Shown: in pieces, positions 37,140-46,670 of the stretch
Position numbering within the stretch: the first letter of the stretch is position 1
Layout of the letters: every line of letters starts with the position of its first letter
NCBI GenBank assembly: GCA_963796685.1
Contig: CAWCMR010000012.1
Coordinates: 13,587 to 77,586, forward strand
Direction: 5' to 3'
Source of the DNA: an uncultured delta proteobacterium
GTDB lineage: Bacteria > Myxococcota_A > Polyangia > Fen-1088
DNA length: 64,000 bases
The notes under the pieces: model-generated
Told to the model about the DNA's origin: nothing
The model's database searches: none
The model's input: only the letters and a program-made list of their open reading frames with translations
Program-made: the position numbers and the translations under genes

Positions 37140-37199
37140 TGGTCGCCGCCTCGACCTCCTGGCGACATGCCGGGGATCCGAGAAATTTCGTCGACCATT

Positions 37200-37820
37200 T
37201 TAGCCAGCGTGCAGGCGGAAGCAGTGCGAGCTGGAGCCGGGACGCCCGTGCATGGCGTAGGCCGTGGCCGTGCAGCCGCCTCGGCAACGACGAGCCTCTT
37301 CGCAACCGGCACACGCGCCGGACAACTGTTCGGGCGTGTAGTGGTGGTTGTAGCGGAAGCGCTGCGGGTCGTTCCAGATGGTCGCCAGCGACTCCTGCCG
37401 TACCTGACCCTCGGTGCAGACGTCGGGAAGGGCCAGACAGCCTTTCACGCGCCCGTCGCTGGTGATGCCAAGGGCATCAAGCCCGGCACGGCATCCGAGC
37501 CATGGGCGAGGAAAGCCCCCCTGGACGGTGCGCAACAGCAGATCGTCCGGCGTGCAGTAGCCGAGGTTGTCGGTGATGTGCGGGCGCAGACCGCGCCGAC
37601 ACGCCAGTCTGCGCAGGACGCGCAACAACTCGGGCATGAGGGTTGGCGAGGCTACCAGATGCCGGTTCTTCTCGGCGCGACCGACGGGCAAGGTCAATTG
37701 CAACTGCCAGCCCAGCACGCCAGCGTCTTCGAGCAAGGGCGCGAGGGCCTCGAGCTCCCCCAAGTTGCCCTGGTTCACCTGACTGGTCACGCCCACCTTG
37801 AGTCGGGAGCCGTTTGACAC
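37200..37820 (-). pseudogene. 5'-truncated radical SAM protein remnant retaining the SPASM/twitch C-terminal domain
   Basis: 206-aa ORF with no CxxxCxxC radical SAM cluster. The SPASM motif is present (GCRAGLDALGITSDGRVKGC...CAGCEEARRCRGGC, i.e. C-x2-C-x5-C-x3-C). The ORF starts 8 nt from the cphA stop. Confidence 0.65.
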
Positions 37821-37827
37821 CAGCCTG

Positions 37828-40497
37828 CTAGCTCGCGGTCGCGGGGAGCGCGGCGGTGGCAGGCGCCTTCGGTTTCACCGGATGACCGGTGGCGACATGG
37901 GCTTCGCCCTGTTTGCAGAGTCCCATGACGTAGTCCAGGGCGAGATCGATCTGGTCGACTTGGCAGAGCAGGAGGTCGCCTGGTCTCAGGCGGGAGATGG
38001 CGGCGCCAATGGCGGCCAGCTCGCCGGACTCTTGCAGGATGATCCGATCGCGCCGAGCGCTGCCAGGGCCTTGCTTGAAGCCCTCGCGCATGAGGGCCAT
38101 GACCTCCCCGTCGGGGCGGCCGCGCGTGCACTGGTCCTCGTAGATGTAGATCTCGTGGAAGAAGTCGCCGATGATCCGGGCCTGGCGGATGATGTCGGCA
38201 TCGCGACGGTCGCCAGCGGCGGTGTAGACGATCTTGCGCCGCCGGTGGGGCATCTTTTCGATGGCCTTGTTCAGGGCGAGCAGCGCCGACGCGTTGTGGC
38301 CGTAGTCGAGGATCACGGTGCTGCCGCGGTGGCTGATGACGTTGAAGCGCCCGGGGGTGGTCTTGAGATCGCTGGTGAAGGTCTCGATACCGGTGCGAAT
38401 ACCATCGAGAGAGAGACCAAGGGCGTGGCCCGCGGCGACCGCGGCGAGCAGGTTCTCGACCTGGAAGGCGATGCGTCCGCCGTGGGTCAGGGGCAGGTCG
38501 GCGAGGCGAGCCACGCGACGCTCGTCGCGGCCGCTGGCGAGGACGATGGCGCCTTCGCGCACGGTGACGGCCTTGCCTCCCTTGGCGCGATGGCTGACGA
38601 GGACCGGCGATTCGGGATTGCGGCCGAAGAAGATCACGCTGCCTCGGCAGAGCTTGGCCATGTCAGCCACCAGGGGATCGTCGGCATTGAGAACCGCGGC
38701 CCCTTGCGCGGTTACGCGGCGAACCGGGATGGCCTTGACCCGCGCCAGCTCCTCGACGGTGGCGATGCCGCCGAGACCCAGGTGATCGCCCTCGCCCACG
38801 TTGGTGACGATGGCGACGTCGCACCAGTCGAAACCCAGGCCCTCGCGCAAGATGCCGCCGCGGGCGGTCTCCAGCACGGCGGCGTCCACGCGCGGATTGC
38901 CGAGGATGGAGCGCGCGCTCTTGGGGCCGCTGCAGTCGCCGGTGTCGATGCGTCGGTTCTCGACGTAGATTCCGTCGGTGCAGGTCATGCCCACGCGTCG
39001 GCCCGAGCGCTGGAGCAAGTGGGCCACGCAGCGGGTGGTCGTGGTCTTGCCGTTGGTACCGGTGATGGCGACGATGGGGATGCGCCCGTTGTCGCCGTGG
39101 GGGAAGATGGAATTGACCATGGCCTCGCCCACCGGGCGCGGGGTGCCGTGCGATGGTTCGAGGTGCATGCGCAGGCCGGGGGCCGCGTTGACCTCGACGA
39201 TGGCGCCGCGGGTGACGTCGAGCGGCTGATCGATACGTGTGGCCACGACGTCGATGCCGGCCACGTCCAAGCCCACCATGGCGGCGGCGTCGATGGCCCG
39301 TTCGGCGACGAGTGGGTGAACCTCGTCGGTGACGTCGATGGCGCTGCCGCCCGTGCTGAGATTGGCATTGCGGCGCAGGACGACGACCTGTCCTTCCGCC
39401 GCAATGGTGTCGACCGTCATGCCCTGCTCGGCCAGCATTTCGCGGCCGATGGCATCCAGGCGCAACTTGCTAAGCGCCGTGGCGTGGTCCTCGCCACGCA
39501 GTGGATCCTGGTTGGCGACCTCGACCAACTCGGCGATGGTATGCCGTCCATCGCCGACCACGGTGGGACATTCGCGTCGCGCCGCCGCGATCAGGCGGCC
39601 GCCGATGACCAGGAGACGGAAGTCGTGGCCTTCCACGTGGCGCTCGACCAGGATTTCGTCCTCCTGAGCAGCGGCAAACGTGTAGGCGGCCATGACCGCC
39701 TCGCGCGTGCGCAGGCCCACCGAGACGCCGCGCCCTTGGTTGCCCTTGCGCGGTTTGACCACCACGGGCACGCCGATTTCCTGCGCCGCAGTCCAGGCTT
39801 GCTCCGCATTCGAGACCGACCGTCCCTCGGGCACGGGCACACCGATGGCGGACAACAGCGACTTGGTCAATTCCTTGTCCTGAGCGATGGACTCGGCGAT
39901 GGCGCTGGTGCGATCGGTCTCCGACGCCCAGATGCGACGCTGGCGCGAACCATGGCCCAGCATGACCAGGCTGCCGTCGGTCAGCCGGCGCGACGCGATG
40001 CCGCGCGCCTCGGCCGCACGCACGATGGCTCCCGTGCTCGGTCCCAGCCTGACGGACTGGTTGAGGCTGCGCAGGTCCTTGATGGCGGTTCCCAGGTCCA
40101 CGCACCTGTCCTCGCGCACCGCTGCGAGCAAGTCGACCGCGAGGGCAAAGGCCCTGCGCCCGACCTCTTCTTCCTGGTACTGCACGAGGATGCGGAACGC
40201 ACTGCCGTCATCCAATTCGTGAACCACCGGCGCGGCGACTTCGCAGCCGGCCAGTCGTTCCACAGCAGCCGCGAGCTCGGCGATGAGGCAGGCTTCCCCG
40301 TGATGCGTTTCGCACGCTTCGCTGCGATCCCACACCTCCTGGGTCATCTTGGCCAGCTCCTCGGGCAGCCAGCTGCGCAACCGGCCGAGCATCGCTGGAG
40401 TCACCAGCTCGGCATCGACCACCATGATGGCCTCGAGGAGGGTTTCGTCCGACCACAGATTGGGACCGCGTAGGGTGCGAAGGTTGTCTGATCTCAT
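37828..40497 (-). CDS. cphA: Cyanophycin synthetase, full length (N domain, ATP-grasp G domain, complete Mur-ligase-like M domain)
   Basis: 889 aa. MRSDNLRTLRGPNLWS.... ATP-grasp: QDKELTKSLLSAIGVPVP, VVVKPRKGNQGRGV, IVEVNAAPGLRMH. M domain: ITGTNGKTTT, TPGRFNV, DYGHN. Confidence 0.9.
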   Translation of the reverse strand: MRSDNLRTLRGPNLWSDETLLEAIMVVDAELVTPAMLGRLRSWLPEELAKMTQEVWDRSEACETHHGEACLIAELAAAVERLAGCEVAAPVVHELDDGSAFRILVQYQEEEVGRRAFALAVDLLAAVREDRCVDLGTAIKDLRSLNQSVRLGPSTGAIVRAAEARGIASRRLTDGSLVMLGHGSRQRRIWASETDRTSAIAESIAQDKELTKSLLSAIGVPVPEGRSVSNAEQAWTAAQEIGVPVVVKPRKGNQGRGVSVGLRTREAVMAAYTFAAAQEDEILVERHVEGHDFRLLVIGGRLIAAARRECPTVVGDGRHTIAELVEVANQDPLRGEDHATALSKLRLDAIGREMLAEQGMTVDTIAAEGQVVVLRRNANLSTGGSAIDVTDEVHPLVAERAIDAAAMVGLDVAGIDVVATRIDQPLDVTRGAIVEVNAAPGLRMHLEPSHGTPRPVGEAMVNSIFPHGDNGRIPIVAITGTNGKTTTTRCVAHLLQRSGRRVGMTCTDGIYVENRRIDTGDCSGPKSARSILGNPRVDAAVLETARGGILREGLGFDWCDVAIVTNVGEGDHLGLGGIATVEELARVKAIPVRRVTAQGAAVLNADDPLVADMAKLCRGSVIFFGRNPESPVLVSHRAKGGKAVTVREGAIVLASGRDERRVARLADLPLTHGGRIAFQVENLLAAVAAGHALGLSLDGIRTGIETFTSDLKTTPGRFNVISHRGSTVILDYGHNASALLALNKAIEKMPHRRRKIVYTAAGDRRDADIIRQARIIGDFFHEIYIYEDQCTRGRPDGEVMALMREGFKQGPGSARRDRIILQESGELAAIGAAISRLRPGDLLLCQVDQIDLALDYVMGLCKQGEAHVATGHPVKPKAPATAALPATAS

Positions 40498-40707
40498 TGG
40501 CTGCTTTCCACGGCCGCCGAGGGTTGGCTCCGGCAGACCATGTTCCTTGGGGGACTGTGCTCATCCACCAGGGAATCTCCAGAGCGCATAGAGGTCCTGA
40601 CGGATATGAAGTCAGACGGGCGGGCCGCGCCGATTATTCAGTCCGCGCTCGGGGGGAATCGATCTTTTCCATCGCAGCGCGATGTTGACCATGATTCCCT
40701 ATTCATT

Positions 40708-42870
40708 CTAGCTGGTTGGACGACGACCCAGGTCGTCTCTCAGGGCTCGTTCGAGTCCCTCCCGGATGGTGCGGGGCGCTATGCCGAGGGCGGTGCCCGC
40801 GCCTACCCCTGCCAGCAGGTCCTCGATCGGCGTGGACGGAGCGCCAGGGGAGGCCGAGCCTGGGCGGTCGAGCGCGAACACCGGCAGGATCTGATTCATG
40901 TGATTGACCACGATGGCACCGTCCGCCACGAACACTGCCTGGCCGCCCTTGCCAAGGTGCTCGCGCACCAGCGGCGACTGACCGTCGCGGCTGAAGTACA
41001 AGATTCGCCCACGACACTTCCCCGCCATCGCTGCCACCTCGGGATCGTCGGCATTGAGAACCGCGCAGCCATCGGGCAGGACCACGTCCACGGGCGCGCG
41101 AATGGCCTTGGCAACCAGGACCGCGTCATCCACGTCCGCCTCGCCCCGATAGTCGCCGGAATGCAGGTTGGTGACCACGGTCACGTTGCAACGATCGAAG
41201 GCCAGACCTTCTTGGATCACCCGGAGCTCGCTCGTCTCGAGCACCACGGCGTCGACGAACGGGTTGACCAACACGCGGCGGGCATCGGCCGCGTTCGTGC
41301 AATCCCTGTCCGACAGGACGCGTCCTCCGACGCGCAGACCGCGCGCGCTTGCCTCACCGACCGTGTGCGACGCTTCCGCCAACACGGACGCGATCAAGGA
41401 CGCGACCCGTGTCTTGCCACGGGTTCCCGAGACCGCGACCAAGGGAACGCGGCCGGATTCACCCGGCGGGAAGAGATGGCTCACGATGGCCTCGCCCACC
41501 GGGCGAGGCGTTCCGACCAGCGGTTTGAGGTGCATGACCAGACCGGGGCTGGCGTTCACCTCGATGACGGCTCCGTCCTGCTCGTCGAGAGGCCGGGCGA
41601 TGTCCTCGGCGATGAGATCGATCCCGGCCACGTCGAGCCCCACGGTTTGCGCCGCGATCACGCAGTTGGCGGCGATATCCGGGTGCATGCGATCGGTTTC
41701 GTCGACCGTGAGATCGCCGTTGTGGTGGATGAGAACCGGGCGGCCGGTGGGCGGCACCGAAGCCTTCTCCAGTCCTTGACGGCGCAGAAGCTCGAGGGAG
41801 ATCTCGTCGAGCACGAGGGGCGTGAGGGGAAGGGCGGAATCCTCCCCGCGTTTGGGATCTTGGTTGGCCTGGGCCACCAGCTCCTCGACGGTGTGGATGC
41901 CGTCGGCCACGACCTGCTCGGCCTCGCCGCCGCTGGCCGCGACGGCGCGGTCGCCGACCACCAGCACGCGGTACTGCGAGCCCGCGACGAATTGCTCGAC
42001 CACCACGCCGCTGCCCTCGCGCGAGGCGATGTCGAACGCGGTCTCGACGGCCTCGCGATCCTCCAGACGAATGGAGACGCCGCGGCCGTGGTTGGCATCC
42101 TGCGGTTTGACCACCACGGGCAGTCCGAGCTCTTCCGCGGCAGCCCAGGCATCGGCGCGATCTTGCGCCAGACGGCCCGCCGGCATGGGCACCCCGACGG
42201 AGTAGAGCAACTGCCGCGTCAGCTCCTTGTCCTGGGCGATGGATTCGGCCAGGGCACAGGTCTTGGCTGTCTCGGCGGCCCAGATACGGCGCTGGGCCTT
42301 GCCGTAGCCGAGCTGCACGAGGTTGCCGTGGCTGATGCGCACGTAGGGAATTCCGCGCGCCTTGGCGGCCGTGACGATGGCCTGCGTGCTCGGCCCCAGG
42401 CACACCCTGTCGGCGAGCTCGCGCAACCCGCGCAGGCGTTCCTTCATGTCGAAGGGGCGGTCGTCGACCGCCGCCAAGATCAGGTCGCGCCCGGTGCGTA
42501 GGCAGGCCTCGCCCAAGGCCGCGTCGAGGACCTCGACCACCACGCGGTAGACGCCGCGCTCGCTGGTCTCGCGCGTGCGCCCGTATCCTACTGGCAGGTG
42601 GGCCAGGGTTTGCAGCTCCAGGGTCACGTGCTCGAGCACGTGGCCAAGCCACGTCCCGTCGCGCAGGCGCGAGAAGAACCCGCCGCGCACGCCTTCGCTG
42701 CAGCGATGCTCGATCATCGAAGGCAGCCAGGCGGTCAGGCGATCCACGAAGCCGGGCAGGGTGTTCGAGGGTTGGGTGTCGAAGGGGCCGAGGTCGACCC
42801 AGGCTTCGAGGACCGGGTAGTTGGCCCAAATGTTCGGCCCGACCAGGGACAGGATCTTGCGGATGTGCAT
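40708..42870 (-). CDS. Cyanophycin synthetase paralogue with a truncated M domain (ends where the Mur-ligase C-terminal subdomain would begin)
   Basis: Start placed at ATG 42870 (MHIRKILSLVGPNIWANYPVLEAWV). 720 aa. The ATP-grasp is intact (VVVKPQDANHGRGV, VIEVNASPGLVMH). The P-loop reads VSGTRGKT. The protein stops after ...GIAPRTIREGLERAL, whereas cphA continues with TPGRFNV...DYGHN. Confidence 0.85.
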   Translation of the reverse strand: MHIRKILSLVGPNIWANYPVLEAWVDLGPFDTQPSNTLPGFVDRLTAWLPSMIEHRCSEGVRGGFFSRLRDGTWLGHVLEHVTLELQTLAHLPVGYGRTRETSERGVYRVVVEVLDAALGEACLRTGRDLILAAVDDRPFDMKERLRGLRELADRVCLGPSTQAIVTAAKARGIPYVRISHGNLVQLGYGKAQRRIWAAETAKTCALAESIAQDKELTRQLLYSVGVPMPAGRLAQDRADAWAAAEELGLPVVVKPQDANHGRGVSIRLEDREAVETAFDIASREGSGVVVEQFVAGSQYRVLVVGDRAVAASGGEAEQVVADGIHTVEELVAQANQDPKRGEDSALPLTPLVLDEISLELLRRQGLEKASVPPTGRPVLIHHNGDLTVDETDRMHPDIAANCVIAAQTVGLDVAGIDLIAEDIARPLDEQDGAVIEVNASPGLVMHLKPLVGTPRPVGEAIVSHLFPPGESGRVPLVAVSGTRGKTRVASLIASVLAEASHTVGEASARGLRVGGRVLSDRDCTNAADARRVLVNPFVDAVVLETSELRVIQEGLAFDRCNVTVVTNLHSGDYRGEADVDDAVLVAKAIRAPVDVVLPDGCAVLNADDPEVAAMAGKCRGRILYFSRDGQSPLVREHLGKGGQAVFVADGAIVVNHMNQILPVFALDRPGSASPGAPSTPIEDLLAGVGAGTALGIAPRTIREGLERALRDDLGRRPTS

Positions 42871-42976
42871 GGTTTGTAGCCACCGCGCGAAACGCGGCGG
42901 CGCCATCCTGCTCTTCTCCGTGCACGAGCGCCAGTCTCTGCGCACCAGAGCCCGCTTGGATTCGCGCAAGCCGGTG

Positions 42977-44167
42977 CTAGAACGCGGGCTGATAGAAGGC
43001 CGACGCGGGGCGGGCGAAGAGGAAACCCTGAAAGAGATCGCAGCCGAGGTCGGCAAGGACATCGCGCTCGGCGGTCGTTTCCACGCCCTCGGCCACGAGC
43101 AGCATTTCCATCTCGCGGCACAGGCCGGCGACCGAGCCGACCAGCTTGCGTTTGATCGCGCTGCCCTCGATGCCGCGGACCAGGTTCATATCGATCTTCA
43201 CGATGTCGGGATCGAGCGTGGCGAAGCTGGTCAGACCAGCGTAGCCCGCGCCGAGATCGTCCACCGCGATTCGGAAGCCGAATCGTCGCAGCTCCCGAAC
43301 CCGCTCGCGCACCTCCTCGAGGCCCGAGAGCGGCGCGCGCTCGGTGATCTCGAGCACCACGTGGTCGGCAGCGGCCAGGAGCGGCGACTGCGGATCGGTC
43401 AGCTCGGGGTCGAGCAGGTCGCTCGGGTGCAGATTGACGAAGAGCAACCAGTCCTGATTCATCTGACTGCGACAGTGGGCGGCGAAGGCGCGCAAAGCGC
43501 GACCCAGCTTGCGGGTGGAGCCCAGGCGCTCGGCAGCATCCAGCATGTCCCCGGGCGTAGGAAGCGTCGGCTCGGTGCTGCGGAGCAAGGCCTCGTAGCC
43601 GAAGATAGACTTCGTGGATAGCGACACGATGGGCTGGAAGGCCATGCCGAAGGAGGCCAGCGCGCGGGAAAAGCTCGCCTCGAGCCCTGCCCGATCCGAG
43701 GGTCCTGCGATGCCGCCGATGCTCAGTGCCTCGCGCTTGAGGCGCGCGAGACGGTAGAGCTGGGTGGCTTGCAGGACCGTCTCGCGTAGCCCATCGAGGT
43801 CGAAGGGTTTGGGCAGATAGCGAAACACGCCGTATTCGATGGCCTCGGCCGCGCCCTCCCACGACGGCTGTCCTGTCATCAGCAACACGGGCAAATCCGC
43901 GTCGTGCTCGCGAATCGCGCGCAGGAGCTCGATCCCGGTCATGCCCGGCATCTTGACATCGCTGATGACCGCGGCGAATCCGCCTTGGGGAACCAGCGCC
44001 ACGGCCTCCGCGCCGCGGGAACAGGTCACGACATCGAACGAGCCCTCGAGCGCGCGTTCGAGCAGTCCGAGCAGTGTGGGATCGTCGTCCACCGCGAGGA
44101 TAGCCATCCGCCGGCCTGCCTGTCCAAGAGGCAACAACACGACACCTTCAACGCCAGTCTGATCCAT
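42977..44167 (-). CDS. Response-regulator receiver domain fused to an EAL c-di-GMP phosphodiesterase domain
   Basis: Start at ATG 44167, alternatively ~44107. REC: ILAVDDDPTLL...VISDVKMPGMTG...YLPKPF. EAL: FGYEALLRS, VLEITER, IAVDDLGAGY, VAEGVET. Confidence 0.85.
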   Translation of the reverse strand: MDQTGVEGVVLLPLGQAGRRMAILAVDDDPTLLGLLERALEGSFDVVTCSRGAEAVALVPQGGFAAVISDVKMPGMTGIELLRAIREHDADLPVLLMTGQPSWEGAAEAIEYGVFRYLPKPFDLDGLRETVLQATQLYRLARLKREALSIGGIAGPSDRAGLEASFSRALASFGMAFQPIVSLSTKSIFGYEALLRSTEPTLPTPGDMLDAAERLGSTRKLGRALRAFAAHCRSQMNQDWLLFVNLHPSDLLDPELTDPQSPLLAAADHVVLEITERAPLSGLEEVRERVRELRRFGFRIAVDDLGAGYAGLTSFATLDPDIVKIDMNLVRGIEGSAIKRKLVGSVAGLCREMEMLLVAEGVETTAERDVLADLGCDLFQGFLFARPASAFYQPAF

Positions 44168-44299
44168 GGGACCACCTCGTTGCTGAACAACCCGAATACC
44201 AGATCCCAGCCGCATGCGCCCGGACTAAGTGTGGAGGCCCGTGACGCCAGCCGACAGAAGGAGCTCTGTGCTCTCCTCCGCCTCAGCGCTCTCCATGTC

Positions 44300-45232
44300 T
44301 CACACCTGGAACAGCTCGGTGCTGAGATACTTCTCGCCGCGATCGGGGAAGATGGTCACGATGGTTCCCGACGCGATTTCGGTGGCCACCTGGCGGGCGG
44401 CGAAGAGGGCGGCGCCGCTGCTCATGCCGACGAAGATGCCTTCTTGGCGGGCGATCTGGCGCGTGAGCTCGAAGGCGTCCTCGCTCTCGATCATGATATG
44501 CCGGTCGATCTTGGCCGGGTCGTAGATGGCGGGGACGATGGCCTCTTCCAGATTCTTGAGCCCCTGGATGTAGTGGCCGCGCACGGGGTGGGCGCTGACG
44601 ATCTTCACCGCGGGCAGCTTCTCCTTGAGCGCCAGTCCGACGCCCATCAGGGTTCCGCTGGTACCGAGCGACGACACGAAGTAGTCGAGGTGGCCCCCCG
44701 TCTGGCGCAGGATCTCCTGGGCCGTGCCGTGGTAGTGGGCGAGCTGGTTGTAGTGGTTCGAGAACTGGTCGGGCATGAAGTACTTGGCGGGAAAATCGCG
44801 CACCAGCTCGCGCGCCTTGAAGATGGCGCCGTCGGTGCCCAGCTTGGCCGCGGTCAGGGTCACCCTGGCCCCGAACGCGGCGATCATCTTGCGCCGCTCG
44901 ACCGAGACCGCCTCGCTCATCACGATCTCGACCGCATAGCCTTTCACGGCGCCGATCATGGCCAGGGCGATGCCGGTGTTGCCGCTGGTGGGCTCGAGGA
45001 TGATCTTGTCGCGGGTGAGCGTGCCCTCGTGCTCGGCCTGCTCGATCATCTTGAGCGCGATGCGATCCTTGATGCTGCCGGTGGGATTGAACCCCTCCAG
45101 CTTGGCCAGCAGCGTGACCTTCGGGTTGGGGCACATGTGCTGGATGCGCACCACGGGCGTGTTGCCGATGAGGCCGAGGATGGAGCTGGCCGGAAGGTCG
45201 CAGGCAGGTGGCGTGGTCGATGGTGTTGGCAT
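44300..45232 (-). CDS. Cysteine synthase family PLP enzyme (CysK/CysM-like)
   Basis: 310 aa. LEGFNPTGSIKDRIALKMI, EPTSGNTGIALAMIG, GTSGTLMG. Confidence 0.85.
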   Translation of the reverse strand: MPTPSTTPPACDLPASSILGLIGNTPVVRIQHMCPNPKVTLLAKLEGFNPTGSIKDRIALKMIEQAEHEGTLTRDKIILEPTSGNTGIALAMIGAVKGYAVEIVMSEAVSVERRKMIAAFGARVTLTAAKLGTDGAIFKARELVRDFPAKYFMPDQFSNHYNQLAHYHGTAQEILRQTGGHLDYFVSSLGTSGTLMGVGLALKEKLPAVKIVSAHPVRGHYIQGLKNLEEAIVPAIYDPAKIDRHIMIESEDAFELTRQIARQEGIFVGMSSGAALFAARQVATEIASGTIVTIFPDRGEKYLSTELFQV

Positions 45233-45248
45233 GGTCGAGGCGGCGGGA

Positions 45249-46475
45249 TTACGCCACCACGGCGAATTCGTCGAGCAGCTCCTCCATGCGCCCGAACACG
45301 TCGGCCATAGTCTTCTCGTCGGGCAAGAGGGTGATGCGGAAGTGGTTGCGGTAGGGCACGTTGAAGCTCGACCCCGGCGCGACGAGCACGTGCTTGCGCT
45401 CGAGCAGCTCGATGGCGAACTTTTCGTCGTCGAAGCTCGGCAACTTGGTCAGATCCACGCCCGGGAACGCGTAGATGGCCCCGCGCGGGGGCAGGACGGT
45501 GAGGTAGCGGCTGCGCTTCACGCTTTCGAGCACGGTAGCGCGGGTCTGGAACAGCCGGCCGCCGGGCTTGGTCAGATCGTAGATGGATTGGTAGCCGCCA
45601 AGCGCGGTTTGCACCGCCCATTGCCCGACCACGTTCGAGCACAGCCGCAGCGACATGATGGTGTCGAGGCCGAGAAGGTACTCGCGCGCCTGTTCCTTCT
45701 CGCCCGAAAAGCTGAGCCAGCCCACGCGGAAGCCGCACGAGCGATAGACCTTGGACAGCCCGGAAAAGGTGCCGCACAGGGTGTGCTTGACCAAGGTCGC
45801 CACGGGCGTGTACTCGGCGCCTTCGTAGGTGATCCGGTCGTAGATCTCGTCGGTGAAGACCACCAGCTCGTGTTTCTCGGCGAGATCCACCATCGTCTGC
45901 AGGACCTCGCGCGGATAGACCGCGCCGGTCGGGTTGTTGGGCGAGATGATGACCATGGCGCGCGTGCGCGGCGTGATGAGCTTAGCCAGGGCGTCGAGGT
46001 CGGGCAGCCAGCTCAGCTCTTGCCGGCAAGGGTAGTGGACGGCCTTGCCATCGTTGAGATGGGTCGCCGCGGTCCACAGCGGGTAGTCCGGGCTCGGCAC
46101 CAGCACCTCGTCGCCCACGTTGAGCAGGGCGCGCAGGGAAAACAGGATCAGCTCGCTGACCCCGTTGCCCATGAAGACATCCTCGGCGGTGGTGTTCATC
46201 ACGCCGCGGTTCTGCTGCTGCATGACCACGGCCTCGCGCGCTGGGAAGATACCCTTCTGGTGGCAGTACGCGTCGGATTCGCGCAGGTTCTCGATCATTG
46301 CCTGACGCATCGTTTCTGGGGCGCGAAACCCGAAGGCGCCGGGGTTGCCGATGTTCAGCTTGATGATCTCGTGACCGGCTTTTTCCAGCTCCGCAGCCCG
46401 ACGGGCCAGCGGTCCCCGGATTTCGTAGCGGACGTTGGCGAGTTGGTTGCTGGCTTTGATGCGGGTCGTTGACAT
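45249..46475 (-). CDS. Class I/II PLP-dependent aminotransferase (AlaA-like)
   Basis: Start placed at ATG 46475 (MSTTRIKASNQLANVRYEIRGP). 408 aa. IISPNNPTGAVY, FSGLSKVYRSCGFRVGW. Confidence 0.85.
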   Translation of the reverse strand: MSTTRIKASNQLANVRYEIRGPLARRAAELEKAGHEIIKLNIGNPGAFGFRAPETMRQAMIENLRESDAYCHQKGIFPAREAVVMQQQNRGVMNTTAEDVFMGNGVSELILFSLRALLNVGDEVLVPSPDYPLWTAATHLNDGKAVHYPCRQELSWLPDLDALAKLITPRTRAMVIISPNNPTGAVYPREVLQTMVDLAEKHELVVFTDEIYDRITYEGAEYTPVATLVKHTLCGTFSGLSKVYRSCGFRVGWLSFSGEKEQAREYLLGLDTIMSLRLCSNVVGQWAVQTALGGYQSIYDLTKPGGRLFQTRATVLESVKRSRYLTVLPPRGAIYAFPGVDLTKLPSFDDEKFAIELLERKHVLVAPGSSFNVPYRNHFRITLLPDEKTMADVFGRMEELLDEFAVVA

Positions 46476-46670
46476 GGCGAAGTGTTGAAGATAGTCCACC
46501 TTTCCGCCTCGCGAAAGGCCGCAAAGCGGCACGGGTCGCCGGATGCGGAATCGGCATGGGAACGGCGTCCGGCGTGCGCTCGCGCACGAGCCGCCCCGAT
46601 GGCGAAAGCCACTGCGTGATATCCTATCCATGGGACTTCCCTTCCACTCGAACAAGGTTGTTGATCAGTC

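Noticed and set aside
37798-42501. Very long plus-strand ORFs (37798..40473, 891 aa; 40540..42501, 653 aa) opposite the cyanophycin synthetase genes
   Set aside because: These are antisense shadows of the cphA genes. Their composition is low-complexity G/D/A/V/H-rich, and the minus-strand products carry unmistakable ATP-grasp and Mur-ligase motifs.
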